From positions 14,136,001-14,200,000 of the forward strand of contig OX597834.1 of assembly GCA_951406725.2 (NCBI GenBank): DNA of 64,000 bases, read 5' to 3'. Both the position numbers and the translations under genes were made by a program. The stretch's first letter is position 1. Every line of letters starts with the position of its first letter. A model generated the notes under the pieces. That model searched no databases, had not been told where the DNA came from, and saw only the letters and a program-made list of their open reading frames with translations. Of this stretch, positions 29,217 through 44,982 are shown piece by piece. Source of the stretch: Octopus vulgaris (lineage: Eukaryota).

Positions 29217-29368
29217 ATCTTTCAGTTTCCGTCTACCAAATTTACTCACGTGGGTTTGGTAGGCCCGAGGCTATAGTAGAAGACACTTGCCCAAGATGCC
29301 ACGCTGTGGGACTCAACCCAGAATCATGTTGTTGGTAAGCAAGCTACGTACCACACCGACACACCCAC
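29217..29368 (-). mobile_element. SINE family B, 5' half
   Basis: CTTTCAGTTTCCGTCTACCAAA...GAAGACACTTGCCCAAGATGCCACGC. Confidence 0.85.
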
Positions 29369-29382
29369 AACATATATATGTG

Positions 29383-29494
<112 letters not shown>

Positions 29495-29713
29495 GCAGAC
29501 ATACATACTGGTAAGATGATGTGCATACGTACATCTATATACATAAATAAACATACATGTATTGGTATATGTAACTACAAATGACGCACTATTCCTATTG
29601 ACCATTTATTCTGTTGTCGTACACCTGAATTTATCTTACAATGAGAATCAAGGATGATGAAACTCTAGAAATACGTACCAAGCAGCTACACAAGAGCCTG
29701 AGTTCATATATAC

Positions 29714-29795
<82 letters not shown>

Positions 29796-30225
29796 TTGTT
29801 CTTTTTATTTTGTCCTCTATATGTACTTGATAAGATGGCCTAGTCGTACATATTTCACATTTCAAGTAAATTATCTGAAACATGCCGAGTAAAACTTCTT
29901 TCTCAAAAGCAGGTGGTGAGAGACTGCATCGTCAAGAACAAATCAATTAGAGGTTTCGTAACATGTCGTTAATGCCCATTGCGGATGTACGACATACTAT
30001 AACCACTCTGTATAAGTTTTTGTGATATTAATGAGTATTGACTCTACAACATTCATTTGCAGTTTCTCTTGCCGAATTTCTCGTTGTTAAAGACTGCGAC
30101 AAGATTTTTTGCAATCGAGAAAACATTTTATAGTTTGGTCTCTATAAAAACAAATATCACTCATTTTCTAAGATATTTTGATTTCCAAATGTTCATTATC
30201 AATAATACATATAATAGGGAAATAG

Positions 30226-30612
30226 TGGAGACGCAATGACCCAGTGGTTAGGGCAGCGAACTCGCGGTCATAGGATCGCGGTTTCGATTCCCAGACCGGG
30301 CGTTGTGAGTGTTTATTGAGCGAAAACACCAAAAGCTCCCAGAGGCTCCGGCAGGGGATGGTGGTGATCCCTGCTGTACTCTTTCACCACAACTTTCTCT
30401 CATGCTTACTTCCTGTTTCTGTTGTACCTGTATTTCAAAGGGCCGGCCTTGTCACTCTCTGTGTCCCGCTGAATATCCCCGAGAACTACGTTAAGGGTAC
30501 ACGTATCTGTGGAGTGCTCAGTCACTTACACGTTAATTTCACGAGCAGGCTGTTCTGTTGACTCGGATCAACCGGAACCCTCGTCGTCGTAACCGACGGA
30601 GTGCTTCCATCC
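30226..30612 (+). mobile_element. SINE family A, full length
   Basis: Perfect 12-bp TSD AATAGGGAAATA (30213-30224 and 30613-30624). Confidence 0.95.
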
Positions 30613-31264
30613 AATAGGGAAATATAGAATTTTGAATAAAGAAATAGACAGCCACGCTTCATAGTGACATCTCTTACTGCTAAGAATAGGTATGTTAGTA
30701 TTGCTGTAATGAAACCCTGAAATTTCCGTTCTAAATTTCGTTGTTCTGCGACGGAAGAAATTCTGTAGTTTCTGAAAATAGAAAAGGCTGATGCTATGAT
30801 TATTATATAAAGGCCGAGAAAAGAATACAACATAAAGGAAAAGAATATATAGACAGTTATTGATATGGAATGCCAGAATCATGTCAACGTTTGTATAAAT
30901 GCCCTTTGGTAGTTGTTCCAGCGTGGGAAGATTTGAGTTCAAATCTCAGAGAGGAAATATTTGCCTTTCGTTATTTCGTATCAAATAAATATACTACAAA
31001 TCAAGTACTACTAGATCGACGGTATCTGCAGAAAAAAACTTGTGAAGAGAACTGAACAGAAGAAGAAACCCTCATAAGGCAAGTGTTTCGGTCCTTAACT
31101 TCCTATACTCAAACGACATTCTGGCCACACCCATGTCATAACACTGGGTGACGTTCTGCTGATACATTTTAGCCGATTGGATATTGGAGACAAGTACAGT
31201 TAAACCGCCAGGAGATTTCATACATTTATAACTTCACTCCATTCAGTCAACTTTCGAACTTACG

Positions 31265-31646
31265 TGGAAGTACTCCGTCGGTTACGACGACGAGGGTTCC
31301 GGTTGATCCGATCAACGGAACAGCCTGCTCGTGAAATTAACGTGTAAGTGGCTGAGCACTCCACAGACATGTGTACCCTTAACGTAGTTCTCGGGGATAT
31401 TCAGCGTGACACAGAGAGTGACAAGGCCGGCCTTTTGAAATACAGGTACAACAGAAACAGGAAATAAGAGTGAGAGAAAGTTGTGGTGAAAGAGTACAGC
31501 AGGGATCACCACCATCCCCTGCCGGAGCCTCTGGGAGCTTTAGGTGTTTTCGCTCAATAAACACTCACAAGCCCCGGTCTGGGAATCGAAACCGCGATCC
31601 TACGACCGCGAGTCCGCTGCCCTAACCACTGGGCCATTGCGCCTCC
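31265..31646 (-). mobile_element. SINE family A, full length
   Basis: 13-bp TSD ACTTTCGAACTTA (31250-31262 and 31647-31659). Confidence 0.95.
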
Positions 31647-32218
31647 ACTTTCGAACTTATACTTAAATAAGAAATAATATGGCTGTCTTGGTAGTGGGGA
31701 AACGTCAATGCTATCATTATGATTTACACATAGTTACTTCCCTTAGTCTTTAGCACAAACATATGGCCTTCAATCTGTACTGGAGGTGGTTTCTCTTCCT
31801 CCTCAAACGAGATCCAGCTTGAACATCTCCACTCTGTCTTTTACATAACCATTAGGGCTTTAGTCTTATCCTTCCCAAAGCCTGAAATTTGTTCCATTAG
31901 ACCATAAGCACTTCCCACTCATAATTACAGAACTTGCACGAAAATCGGAAACACGGTTACAAATGATACTACGTGATAGTAATATATGCTAAAAATATTA
32001 AATAACGAAATAAAGTATTTACCGGTAGTATTATGTTAGGCGTTAACTGCATAACAACCATAATTTCCTCACTTATTCCATATTCTTCACGTTAAGGGAA
32101 GTATTATTCTATAGTATAATACATGACCTACACAACATATTGATTTCTAACGTAAACTAAATCGTTAAGTATTGTACTTCCTCTTTCACTCGATCTTACT
32201 GTGTATATAGACACACAC

Positions 32219-32251
<33 letters not shown>

Positions 32252-32272
32252 CGACAGATATAGATATATATA

Positions 32273-32317
<45 letters not shown>

Positions 32318-33086
32318 AAACATATATATAATCATAATAATATAGGGTAAAATTAATAATAATTTTAGCAGATAGCCAGCGCGGAAATTAAAAAAACTTA
32401 TAGGTAAGATTATTTTACAAAATGTTTTATAATTGTGTACATAATTATAAAATATTTATACATACATACATACACACATATACATATATATGTGTGTGTG
32501 TGTGTGTGTGCATGTATATGCGTGTGTGTGTTCATATATACATGAATACCGGCATATGTAAGTAGATAGACATATAGATAGATACATACATACATATATA
32601 CATACATACATATTTAACAGATAAATAGAGTGAGAGAGAGAGAGACAGACAGAAAAACAGACGGACGGGTGGATGGATTGATGGATGGTTGGATGGATGA
32701 AACGATGGATGGATGGATGGATGAACGGAGAGACATATGGATGGATAGATATTTTATAATCACCATCACTTAACTTTTAGAATGGTATTTAGTGGCACAT
32801 TACCTTTCTATTTTAAACGAAACGTACTTTGCCATATGAGCGAATTTTAAAGTCAAAAGAACAGCAACGCTAAAACAACAAAAGAACAGCAAAACACAAA
32901 AACAAATAAGAGCAAAGACTTCAATAGCAACAAGAAGATAAATCGTATGATCATTTGATAATTACTTCCCAGTTTCTGGTAAAACTTTCACTAATGTTTC
33001 TCACACCCACAACATACAGGACACTCGCGGGAAAGCACGCACTTACGTCCTTAAACACACATATACATGTGTATATATATATACAT

Positions 33087-33144
<58 letters not shown>

Positions 33145-33151
33145 GTAAATA

Positions 33152-33233
<82 letters not shown>

Positions 33234-33593
33234 ATGTATATATTACATATAGATGTACAAAAATATTTATATATGTGGAAGTATATATGTATGCATATCT
33301 TTGTATATATATATACTTATATATGTGTGTGTATAGTAATGTGTATATACATATATTGATATAAATAGATAACAGATGTAAATACATACTATATATGTGT
33401 ACATCTTTGTAAATAGTACATTGCGCACTTTGCACATACGTTGTATACACACATATATATATATACTTATATATATATATACATAAATATATACATATGT
33501 ATATATGTATATATACATATACATATATATATATATATATATATGTATATACATACATACATGTCTACATATAAATATATGTATATATTTGTG

Positions 33594-33640
<47 letters not shown>

Positions 33641-34386
33641 ACACATTACTTTTATATCGATATACTTAAAACTAAATTTCAGGAAGCTTGTAGCTTTAAT
33701 ATAAATGTTAATACACTAGTAATGCTGGACGTTATAATAAAAGCCATCGATCTATCAATTGAGACTAATGGTGTATCTTTCACATCAAATGATATATCTA
33801 CTACATAGTATCATATATAGGCTAGATCAAAGAATTTTCCCAATTTCAACTTTCATTAATTTTATCTGAATCAATCCGGTGATAGCGTTGTTCTTTCTTT
33901 TTTTTTTTTTTTTTTTTCTATTTTATAATGACAACACTTTTCTCGAACCGCTGATTCTCTATGTTTAAACTTTATCGTTATCATCATCGAAATTCTTGTA
34001 TATTTTATCGCTTCGTACTCTGCCTCTTAATCAACATTATTATGATCAGCAGCAGCAGTAGCAGCAGCAGCAGCAGTAGCAGCAGCAGCAGCAGTAGCAG
34101 CAGCTTTTATCATGACAGAAACTGAAATAAAATCAAGTTCGTCACATCGGAGAGAACCGCTTGTGCCACATAGCAAAACCGTTGTAGACCTTAATTGTTA
34201 TCAGATATAATTTTGCAAGGCAGATTGATATCAGGAGATCACAAGAGTCAGAGGATCTCGTATCGATCTTCCCTGGTATGGTTTGCTCCCAGAAATATAG
34301 CGTGTAGTACGATGTTTACAACGCACAATATACTGTACATACAAACACACATACACAAAAATACAGGCACAAACATATACACACAC

Positions 34387-34443
<57 letters not shown>

Positions 34444-34480
34444 AAGCCTCTTTCTTTCTTTTGTTATCTTACCGTTTTTA

Positions 34481-34530
<50 letters not shown>

Positions 34531-34564
34531 TACATAAATGGAGTTTAACGCAGGTATAAATCAA

Positions 34565-34668
34565 ATATTTTTACTTTCGACACATGTTTCGAAAATTCCA
34601 CTGATACTATTCAAAAGAATAAATGGTATAAACAATGCAATCTTCTCTTCAGGAAAGTGAAAAAATAT
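34565..34668 (-). ncRNA. Type I hammerhead ribozyme with intact core, in a TA-abutting element (~34527-34670)
   Basis: Minus strand: ACUUUC-CUGAAGA-GAAGAUUGCAUUG...CAGUGGAAUUUUC-GAAAC-AUGU-GUC^GAAAGU. Perfect 6-bp stem I (extendable), 13-bp stem II with one mismatch, GUC cleavage triplet. Confidence 0.8.
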
Positions 34669-34671
34669 GTT

Positions 34672-35520
34672 TATAGTGGGCGATTGGTGAATCATTGACA
34701 TTTTATATCATTAAATTCGTGCATGCGCATTGTTTTTAATTTTGTCGACTACATAGTATAGTAGGATCAGTTGGGTACCGTCTGTGTGAAAGAAACAGCA
34801 CCGTGATGCAGACCACTCTGCCAGAAATTTGGAAATGACGTGCTTGGAATTCGCGCCGGAAGCTTCAATACGAAAAAATGGTGAACACACAGAACAACCG
34901 TTGGATTGCCATGACCCAAAACATATACCGGGTGTGATAAAAATCAAACGACCAGTCAACATCATGGTGTTTGGAGCGATCATTAGTGATGGCGAGGTTA
35001 AGCCTCCAATTATCTTCTCAGACTAAATACGGAGGCCTACACCAAGTGCGCTGAGGAAGTAGTGGCTGCTGGGAGAAGATATATCTGACAACACGACTGT
35101 GCCTTATGCCACACAAGCAGGAGAAGCCAGTCTTGGTTGTCAGACAATTTTTGTGACCACATCACCAATAACACCTGGCCATGTAACTCTCCAAACTGCA
35201 ACCCCCTTGATTATTATGTGAGGTGTGCTGCTGTACGAAAGACCAGCAGAATTATTTTTAACATCAAAGGTGAACTGAAGGCAAGGATTAAGGTAGTCAT
35301 CATTAATTCAAACCAGGAGACCGTCCAGAAGATTTGCTGGGGTTTCTGAAGTCATCTGGAGGCTGAGATTAAAGCAAATGGCGATTCTATTGCGGAAGTT
35401 TACTCTTTAGTATTTCAAGTTTTTTTTGCAATTTTGTTAAATTTATCTGTTAAAATGAAATTTAAGTTTTATTTTCACTCTTGCGTAATTTAGACGGCAG
35501 TCTATTCACCGCACCTCGTA
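34672..35520 (+). mobile_element. Internally deleted DD37D (maT-type) transposon
   Basis: KRPVNIMVFGAIISDG..PP and WPCNSPNCNPLDYYV; ends homologous to the 2163 and 54190 copies. Confidence 0.82.
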
Positions 35521-36395
35521 TATATCTTGCCTTTGGATGAAAGAAAATTAAGAAGATCAGTTAATTATAATTTTATTTAATAGATTCCCCTCTCATAGCT
35601 GATGTCCTTCAGTTTTTCTAAATGCTGTAAAACACTCGGAAATTTGGGCCTCTAGCCAGGCCTTTCGTGATACTCTTTTAGTCACGAACTTTTAAGCACC
35701 TCTCCGTAGCTTTCATGAAAGAGACTGAGAATCATATTCAAAGCGAGATATATGCATGGAGCTTTGGAAAAGTGCTTCGTGACGCTCTACGCAGGATGTG
35801 AGATTTCATTCAACGAATAGCGTGATTTTGTATCATTCAACTGTTAGTTACCGTAGCCGTAGACGAGCAGTTTTAGTAAATTCAGGCCGAACGCAAAAGT
35901 GATGCATTCCATAACTGATTGCTTGAAGCTAACTTTCTTCCTGCACATCGATCCCCGGATCTTACATTTATATATCACTTGTTCCAGTGGAAGACAGGGA
36001 AATGAAGAAAATAAAATTAGACTTGTCGCTTAAGTATATCCCACTTACCAACCAACAAAATCACACATTCTGATTGAATCTTCCATGCGTCAACATGTAG
36101 ATTCATGCGACAGTGTATACATGCGTGCGGATGTGTACATATGAGTGGATATATAAATGTGTATGTGTGTGTGTGTGTGTCTGTGTGTGTATGTGTGTGT
36201 GTGTGTTATCTCTAAATAAGATAACGTTTCACATTTGATTGTAGCATCTTTTACACAAAGGTAATTTATGAAAGATTTTCGTATACTTTATTCCTTGTAA
36301 CATTTTTAATTTCGAAATTTTAACTGTTCTGAGATTTAGTAATTAACTAGATCATTTCTAGATGATTTTTGGATATATGTATGAATGTATGTATG

Positions 36396-36727
<332 letters not shown>

Positions 36728-36850
36728 TGTTTGTGAGTGTTGCAGGTATTTTTCTCCTAAAATTACTATAATCGATGGTAAAATATTTTACTTACGAACT
36801 GTGACCATCACATTAAAAATTGCACTAGGTTTGTGTAGAATTACTTGATA

Positions 36851-36890
<40 letters not shown>

Positions 36891-37899
36891 TTTATGTTCA
36901 CTTCCCGCAACAATGGTTGCCAGCCTTTATATTATTCAGCCCAGATCCCAAACCCCGATCTTTTAGAGGGCTCCTCCCAAAAAACTAAAGTCAATTAAAG
37001 GAAATTTTATTATATTTTTAAATGGATGACAGTTTGTTGGCTGCAAGAAGGATGCTTGAGGGCCTCATGCAGATTTGGAACGTGCGGCATAGAATCGCTG
37101 TCCTATACCATTTTCGTCTTTATGTTATTATTGTGGTGTTGCTATTGCTTACCGCAGTATATTTAGAATCAACCATATCTTTATAGTACTTCCAACTCTG
37201 ACCAACCTGCATGAGAGCATTCGAGAATATACTGAACGTGACTACTTATTCAAGAATTCTTGTTATTTGAGAGTATGTGGTAGCTATTTCTAACTGAACG
37301 TGCGACCACATACTCATTCTATATACGTCTGGTCTTCGAAATTTACTATGGTACATCGTGCAGATATGATTTTGGTTTCTTTTTGATGGATCGAATATAT
37401 GCTTTGACGGAATATGATGTCTGTGTGTTTTAACTATGTTGAAATATAAGCCTGGTGGCGTTTGTGATTTCCTCTTAATCGATTTCTTCACTGCGTTTTG
37501 TACTTGTGCAATGTCGTGTATAATATCTTCATAATCTGTCTATGTTTTATATTTCCGTTGTTTAGTCTGATGGTTCGCTGTAACGGATGTTCATTGTTAG
37601 ACCGACAATTTTCACTGAATATCTGTCTATCACAAAATGTGTCGACCTACTATTTTTCCATGTGTTCTCCACACGTCTTCGCTATTAGAGAGTTTGATAG
37701 CTACATTCATTTAACATGAGTAAAATATATTGGTTAGTCAAGGGAGGAGAGCAGTTGTTTATACCTCGATACTAGTTTGAATGAGAAATGTACCCCGAAA
37801 CTGGAGGTCTTCATCTAATGTATACAATGGAGGGAACTCTGCAATAACTAACCATGGAGCAGGCGGTGGGACAGTTAGATTGGGTGAGGAATTAAATCT

Positions 37900-38110
37900 C
37901 CAACACAAGAAGGAAAGTCGAGTACGACATGAGAATGAAAACTCTCGGAACAAATATCCCAAGCACTTCCCTTCAATTCTCTTCCAATTTACGAACCAAG
38001 GTTTAGAGGTTTTGGAAGAATCGTTAAAGCACTGGATAGAAGGCCTGCTATTATTTCTTTAGACTCTATCACATTTGCGATCGAACACGTTACTACACAG
38101 CAACGTCTGT
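37900..38110 (+). mobile_element. Highly decayed Tc1/mariner transposase fragment
   Basis: EVLEE.(V)KHWIE..F..DS...TTQ resembles the region around the 2nd catalytic Asp. Confidence 0.4.
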
Positions 38111-38126
38111 ACCTTCGACAGTAGGC

Positions 38127-39150
<1,024 letters not shown>

Positions 39151-39284
39151 AGATCTACTTTGATACTTATCAATACTATCTGTAGAGAGTTAACAATCCA
39201 GACAATTATAATAATGTGTGTCGGAGTCTGGTGAGATGCTTGAGTTTCCGGGAAAATGTCATGCAGCATTTGTTTGGTTTTAGT

Positions 39285-39703
39285 GTTCTGACAACAACGC
39301 TTCCGACAGCAGTGGTACCAATCTCAGACCACCAAAGCCGATTTTCAAGAGTAAAGTTACCAGAGCGGAACTTCTCAAACCATCGACGTACAGTGAACTT
39401 ATTCACCACATCTTCACCAAACACCTCATTAATGTTTCGAGCTGTCCGAGATGCATTGGTTACAGGACGGAACTCATATACATAAACCACACGAGTTTTT
39501 GATCTATCCATGACTTCACAAAAAATGATTAACAAAAGAAAGCTCACAATATATAATCAGACTCCATGAATAGCACTTCGAAAAGGGATGATGTATCTCT
39601 TCAGTATTGTAACACAAAGAATTGTCAGGATAAAACATTAGAGTTCACGACTGTCAAACTTGGTGCATAAGAAAATCGGACTTTTCTTTCTTGATGGCCT
39701 GAC
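39285..39703 (-). mobile_element. mariner 5' fragment (HTH region and TIR-like end)
   Basis: MDRSKTRVVYVYEFRPVTNASRTARNINEVFGEDVVNKFTVRRWFEKFRSGNFTLEN. Confidence 0.85.
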
Positions 39704-40758
39704 ATTTGATCTTATAACTACTATATTCTGAATAATTTGGGGCAAACAATATAACCAAAATAGTAATTTAGAAATTTATTTCTAGTTTATCAAGTTTAAC
39801 ATAAGACATCTTCAAGCAACATTTTGTTCTCATGTAGCTTCTAATAAATTCATAAATTTCTCTACTACTATTCCTTGGTTATTGAGATTTCAACTGGTAG
39901 CTTTCCCATATTTCTACACGTGTTTGATGTTGTTAATTATTCCAGGTGTCATCCTGGTGGAAGCAAATTTATGATTAAAAACAATCCAGCTATGACCATT
40001 CCTATATATCAACTTTAATTTCTCTAGATCATGAAAAGTAAAATTATGTTTGTCCGACATTATTTTCGATGTATTATTCCATATATTAATGATATTAAAA
40101 AAACTAAATTTTACCCAACTTTTTACCTATCAGATTATTCTCTCTCTTTCCACACACACACACACATACACACATACACATACGTACGCAAGCACACGCA
40201 CACACATAAAAACACATTTGCACACACATAAGATAGCTGAATACAATATATCATTTATGTTATTTTTTTATACTTTCAAATCATTTCTAGTATTTTCAAT
40301 TTCATTTACAATTTCTATTTTTCTGCGTGTTTAGTTCTAAAGAGAATGCTTATTTAATATTGATTTAGTTTGTTCCAGTAATTCCCTCGCGTGTAATAAT
40401 TCATTAATTTCCCAGTCTTCATATAAGTGATTAATAAAACAACAATAATATTACATGAATTTATGGCACTGTGGATCCGATTGATTCAATAAATGACTAT
40501 AGTTATTACTTCAGATATTTTGTTATCTTTCGTTAGCAAATTAAAAATCTAGAATTCGCCGTTTATTTTGTTGATACTGTCGTCGTCTTTGCCATTTTGC
40601 TCCATATCGAATCCTAACGAGAGTATCTAAGTCCCTAGAGATACAACTGGTATCTATTTATTGTAAACGACACACTGTTTTCCCACGTTATCGCAACTCT
40701 CTGTCGCTATTCAGTTATATTGTTCGTTGTGTTCGATAGACCAGAGTGATTCCAGTAT

Positions 40759-41336
40759 CTATCTATCTATATATCTATCTATCCGCTCAGTCGAAGTCGA
40801 CTCTCGGTTACTCGTTGGATGAGTGTCCTCCAGTCAGTTCTATCCTGGGCCGCTTCCTTCAGACTGTCCATTCCGGTATCCCTCTTGATGGTGTCAAGCC
40901 AGCGGGTTCTTGGTCGGCTCTTCCTCTCTTGCCACTGACCATTCTGAGCATGATGTCCTTATCCAGGGATTTTCTCTGCTTAATATGACCGAAATATGCC
41001 AATCTATGCTTGGTGATCCTAGCTTCTAACGACATTTTCGGCCTGATCTGCTTAAGAACTTCTCCATTGGTGAGCCTCGCTGTCCATAGAATCCGCAAAA
41101 GTCTTCTCCAACACCAAAGCTCGAATGCATTAATTCTCTTCCGGTCAGCTTTCTTTAGTGTCCAGGTCTCGCATCCATATGTTGCTATTGGGAAGACAAT
41201 TACAGTCACCAATCTGCATTTGGTAGGTCGTCTGATGTCTCTAATCTTCTAGACCCTGCTCATGCTGACCATTGCCTCTCTGCCTAGTACTATCAGCCGT
41301 CTTATTCTGGAGTGCAGTCACCAACCATTTCGATTT
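40759..41336 (-). mobile_element. 5'-truncated RTE/BovB-like LINE
   Basis: VFPIATYGCETWTLKKADRKRINAFELWCWRRLLRI..YFGHI; tail AGTCGACTTCGACTGAGCGG plus (ATAG)n; 10-bp TSD ATTCCAGTAT (40749 and 41337). Confidence 0.9.
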
Positions 41337-41399
41337 ATTCCAGTATATGTCACCATAAATCTGCTTGTCGTCCCCTGCTAGCTCTTCTTTGTGAATGCT

Positions 41400-41860
41400 T
41401 CCATAAAATAATTTCACTTACAAATTCGTCTTAAGCCCTTTGATAATGTCGCGTCTGATACTGGACGAAATTTCAAATAAAAATTGATCGTTGGTCAGAC
41501 AATCTTTCCAGGTGACGTTCAAAGCCACTCTTAGAATGAAAGTGTAGGCCCCATCCAATTTTCTTTCAAATTTGGAGTAAGTGCCCGGCTGAAGAATCAC
41601 GCAGTAGAACAGAGGTACATCTGCTTGAAAGAGGTACATTTCTTCATATTATCTAGAAGTCTACCTTCCCTAGCCAGTTATAGCTTGTCTCCAGCATCCA
41701 ATGCTTTACTAGTGCATCACTTTTGCAGCTACAGATTTTACTAGTCAAGGTAAGTAAATAAGATATTTTACACAGTTCAGAGGTGTACCAGATACCCCAT
41801 TCATTGTTCCATTTTGATTTAAGCTTACGTATTTCGTTTTGACAGTTGCCATGTTGACCC
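41400..41860 (-). mobile_element. Older RTE-like LINE RT fragment
   Basis: RKLDGAYTFILRVALNVTWKDCLTN. Confidence 0.6.
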
Positions 41861-43303
41861 GTACATTTGACTAAATAAATAAAATAGACGATTCACTTTT
41901 AGTATATGAATGGCTATATCACCCGGGGTAGCTTTCCACTATTTGAAGACGGTGTCTTTTGTTTTGAAAATGAATTGTTTAATGTGCGTATTAGATTGAA
42001 GGACAATTTAGAGGCCTCATGTATGTTTTATTTTCTTGCATTTTTGCCTCCGTTTGGCATTTCAAGAGGGCGTCTTGTTATGAGTGAGCAACTATAGCTT
42101 AGTTGCTATTTCTAGTAAGTAATACCTAATAGACCTATTATTGCGCTCCTGTCGTAGTTAAAATCAACACAACAATATAAAGAGATTTATCTTCTATTTA
42201 TTTCCTTTAACGAAACATATCAAATAAAATTATTTCTATTTTTGCTATGGAATAATAATTATGAAATCGAGTAAAAATGAAATGCTAAGTTGTCAATTCA
42301 AACAATTCGCTTGTACAATGTTGCAATAACAAACCGTTATTATTTTTCATTGTTCGTTTTGGAGTTAAACATTCTTTTTCTATCTTTTATAATCTGTTCC
42401 ATTACACATATTTCAATATGTCCTTCATCCGCCATGTTTGAATATAAAATATCTCTTTTGATTCATTATTACTTCGCATTTGTTTCATTAATGTTCTTGA
42501 TTCCTGTTAGTAAGTGCACTTTATTATGTTTAACAAACAGTAAACTGAATATAACATAAATAGCCGCATAATTACATTGGAATCTTCATTCATTGTTACG
42601 CTGTATTTTTACACAGTAAATATTCTTTATGTACCATTGTGTTACGTAGAGTAAACAACAAACGTTAAGCAAAGATGCGTATAGAATAATGGTCAATATA
42701 CCCTACGTCTTTGAAAGTTAATGCGTTATTGCACCAGATGACCAAACTGCGATTATTATTTTGTTTCAGTATTATATCTATTCACGACTGTCATCTTAAC
42801 ATATAATCATACATAGAGGCATTGTTAGCCAAACCAATATTAGTTCAGATATTATACTGAAAAAAAAAATAAATCTTGAAGTATTAATGGCATAGTACGT
42901 CTTGGCCCTTTTCATTGTAGAGGATGCGAGTACTGAATAAGCGAAAAAATAAAATACACGCATAATAGGCTGTGTCGTTGAGTGAGGTTCCTATGTGTTT
43001 GTATTTCGTTCAACAATACAATCCATTCAAGTTTGACTATATTTTTTTCTTCCAATTTACTCAATACTACCAATCCACACCATTATCGCCAAATATACAT
43101 ACATGTTTTATCATATATTCATAGATACTGTATATAGTGTATTAATTTTACGTATCTACAGTTAAGGACATTTAAGTACCATAAAGGAAGTTTTGAGAAG
43201 TATATTCTTCGATCTAATCAGGTATATATTTGCGCAAAAAAATTATAAAACTTGACGTCCATATTCCTGAAATTTCAAATATAACGCAATCGGACACATG
43301 GTG

Positions 43304-43369
<66 letters not shown>

Positions 43370-43548
43370 GTATACATACATACATAATACTTAATGCTTT
43401 ATCAGGAACTGTTCTTTCAATACGCATTTCTATAGATTTCCTATATTCTGTATAAAATGGATTTTCTAAGATTTGTTTAAAAAAACGCATTGAATAAGAA
43501 AAACTTTTTGAACAACAGAATACTAAATCGAATATTTCAATTGTGTAA

Positions 43549-44080
43549 GGCGGATAGCTGGCAGAAACGTTAGCACGCCGGGCGAAATGCTTACCGGTAT
43601 TTCGTCTGCCGTTACGTTGTGAGTTCAAATTCCACCGAGGTCGACTTTGCCTTTCATCCTTTCGGGGTCGATAAATTAAGTACCAGTTACGAACTGGGGT
43701 CGATGTAATCGACTTAATACCTATGTCTGTCCTTGTTTGTTCCCTCTATGTTTAGCCCCTTGTGGGTAATAAAGAAATAGGTATTTCGTCTACCGTTACG
43801 TTCTGAGTTCAAATTCCGCTGAGGTCGACTTTGCCTTTCTTCCTTTCGGGGTCGATTAAATAAGTACCAGTTACTCACTGGAGCCGATATAATCGACTTA
43901 ATCCGTTTGTCCCCCCTATGTTTAGCCCCTTGTGGGTATAAAAGAAACAGATATTTCACTCGTCTTCACGTTAGGAGTTCAAATTCAGCGTAGGTTGACT
44001 TTGTCTTAATTATATGTTCAGGGTCAATAAGATAAGTACCAGTTAAACGTTGGGGTCAATCTAATCTACTTACGCCCTCC
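43549..44080 (+). mobile_element. SINE C trimer (one full copy plus two headless units)
   Basis: Units 43549-43779, 43780-43949 and 43950-~44080. Confidence 0.9.
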
Positions 44081-44982
44081 TCCGAGATAGACGACCGCGA
44101 TAACGCCATTATAGTTTGGACAAATAATGTTCGATTTCGTGTTTCGTGAAATGCTAATTACTTTTATTTATTCAGTTTTATGGAGATTTTAATAATTTCT
44201 ATAAAATAGTTTGTAGTTGAAAGCAGAAATGTAAGATCGATGTCTAGACTGATCATGAAGAAATAGTTCAGTGACTGTACCTGATCAGATTGCTGCCGTC
44301 CACAATGATTCGTTGGCGATTTGAAAGATAAAACGAAGAATAAAGAATGTTTGTTTGTCTTCCACGATTTCACTCGTACCAATTTATAACCGTTAGCAGC
44401 AGAAAACTCGTTAATATGCATATTATCTAAATCATTGCTAATTAATGCTTTCTGTTGTCGACTGAGACGACAATGGTTGATGAAGAAGAGTACTATGATG
44501 AATTATTTGCGATGATCGATTTTGTGATTGATTATATAATAAATGCTATCGATTTATTATACTATAGCGACGTCTGATGCAATGGTACAAAATATTAAGT
44601 TGTAATCTTGAAATCCAATGCTTTGTATACAGCTTTTCTCTACTGTTATTGTAAATAAACTTTCAATATTTTTAATATATTACAACTATCTTTCCCCATA
44701 TCAATATAAACCATATTGCTTTTCTTTCATCATCTGTGCCTTATATTTTATGTTCTGCGTAATGTAATTTATATTATTTGTATTTATATTATATAATAAA
44801 TCACTGAGCGACGTATAAACAGTAGCCGCACGTCGGGATGGAGAGGGCAAGGATGACTTCCCTCTGCAATACTGATTGGGCACAGATAGTGTGTTACTAG
44901 CCAGCTGGAGAAGATGTTTTCCTGGGGCTACAAGCTACAGTAGTACCAGCCCATAACGGTTAGCTATATTTAGGTGGCAAGA

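Noticed and set aside
37246-37560. ~100-codon minus-strand frame and a 14-bp hairpin at 37271-37315
   Set aside because: No recognisable motif; the stem is too short for a pre-miRNA.
44800-44900. Promoter (TATAAA and inverted CCAAT in a GC-richer patch)
   Set aside because: Short motifs expected by chance, with no supported downstream exon.
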